Assembly: GCF_006345805.1 (NCBI RefSeq) | Contig: NC_043001.1 | Span: 100,440,001-100,504,000 of the forward strand | Length of the DNA stretch: 64,000 nucleotides | Source of the DNA: Octopus sinensis | Taxonomy: Eukaryota | Direction of reading: 5' to 3' | Part shown: positions 63,875-64,000 of the stretch, in pieces | Numbering within the stretch: position 1 is the stretch's first letter | How the letters are laid out: each line of letters begins with the position of its first letter | Program-made: the position numbers and the translations under genes | The notes under the pieces: model-generated | The model's input: only the letters and a program-made list of their open reading frames with translations | Databases searched by the model: none | Told to the model about the DNA's origin: nothing

Positions 63875-64000
63875 TATAATATATATGCACATATATATAT
63901 TTTATGTATATACATATATACATATATACACACACATGCACACATGTGCACACACACATGCATATGAAAGAAAACAAAGTATGAAAGGTTGTTTATAAGA
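63096..64000. repeat. Direct duplication with a 768-bp offset (63096-63232 repeated at 63864-64000, running off the window)
   Basis: Identical sequence, including the non-repetitive GAAAGAAAACAAAGTATGAAAGGTTGTTTATAAGA. Confidence 0.9.

Overview
This is AT-rich, microsatellite-saturated eukaryotic DNA. The SINE and LINE families look like those of an octopod cephalopod, which I recognise from memory rather than from a database search. I find no convincing host protein-coding exon: most ORF-track entries are microsatellite translations, and the rest are transposon remnants. The window holds R4/Dong-type RLE non-LTR retrotransposons in (TAA)n and (TACA)n tracts, RTE and CR1-like LINE fragments, a Gypsy gag remnant, a mariner with a nested Tc1-like insert, hAT and piggyBac-like MITEs, and at least four tRNA-derived SINE families. 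The most interesting signal is a set of minimal type I hammerhead ribozyme (HHR) motifs with palindromic helix III, the form known from Penelope-like elements (PLEs), carried by several unrelated non-coding elements. These include a 1.3-kb palindromic element with an HHR on each arm (3914-5231), a textbook HHR at 41107-41197, and a composite element at 2402-2894. That composite joins a tRNA-like head, an (AAT)n spacer, an HHR-bearing tail, an inverted tail copy and a 12-13 bp TSD, making it a candidate PLE-mobilised, ribozyme-carrying SINE. Coordinates of decayed repeats are approximate and all alignments were done by eye.
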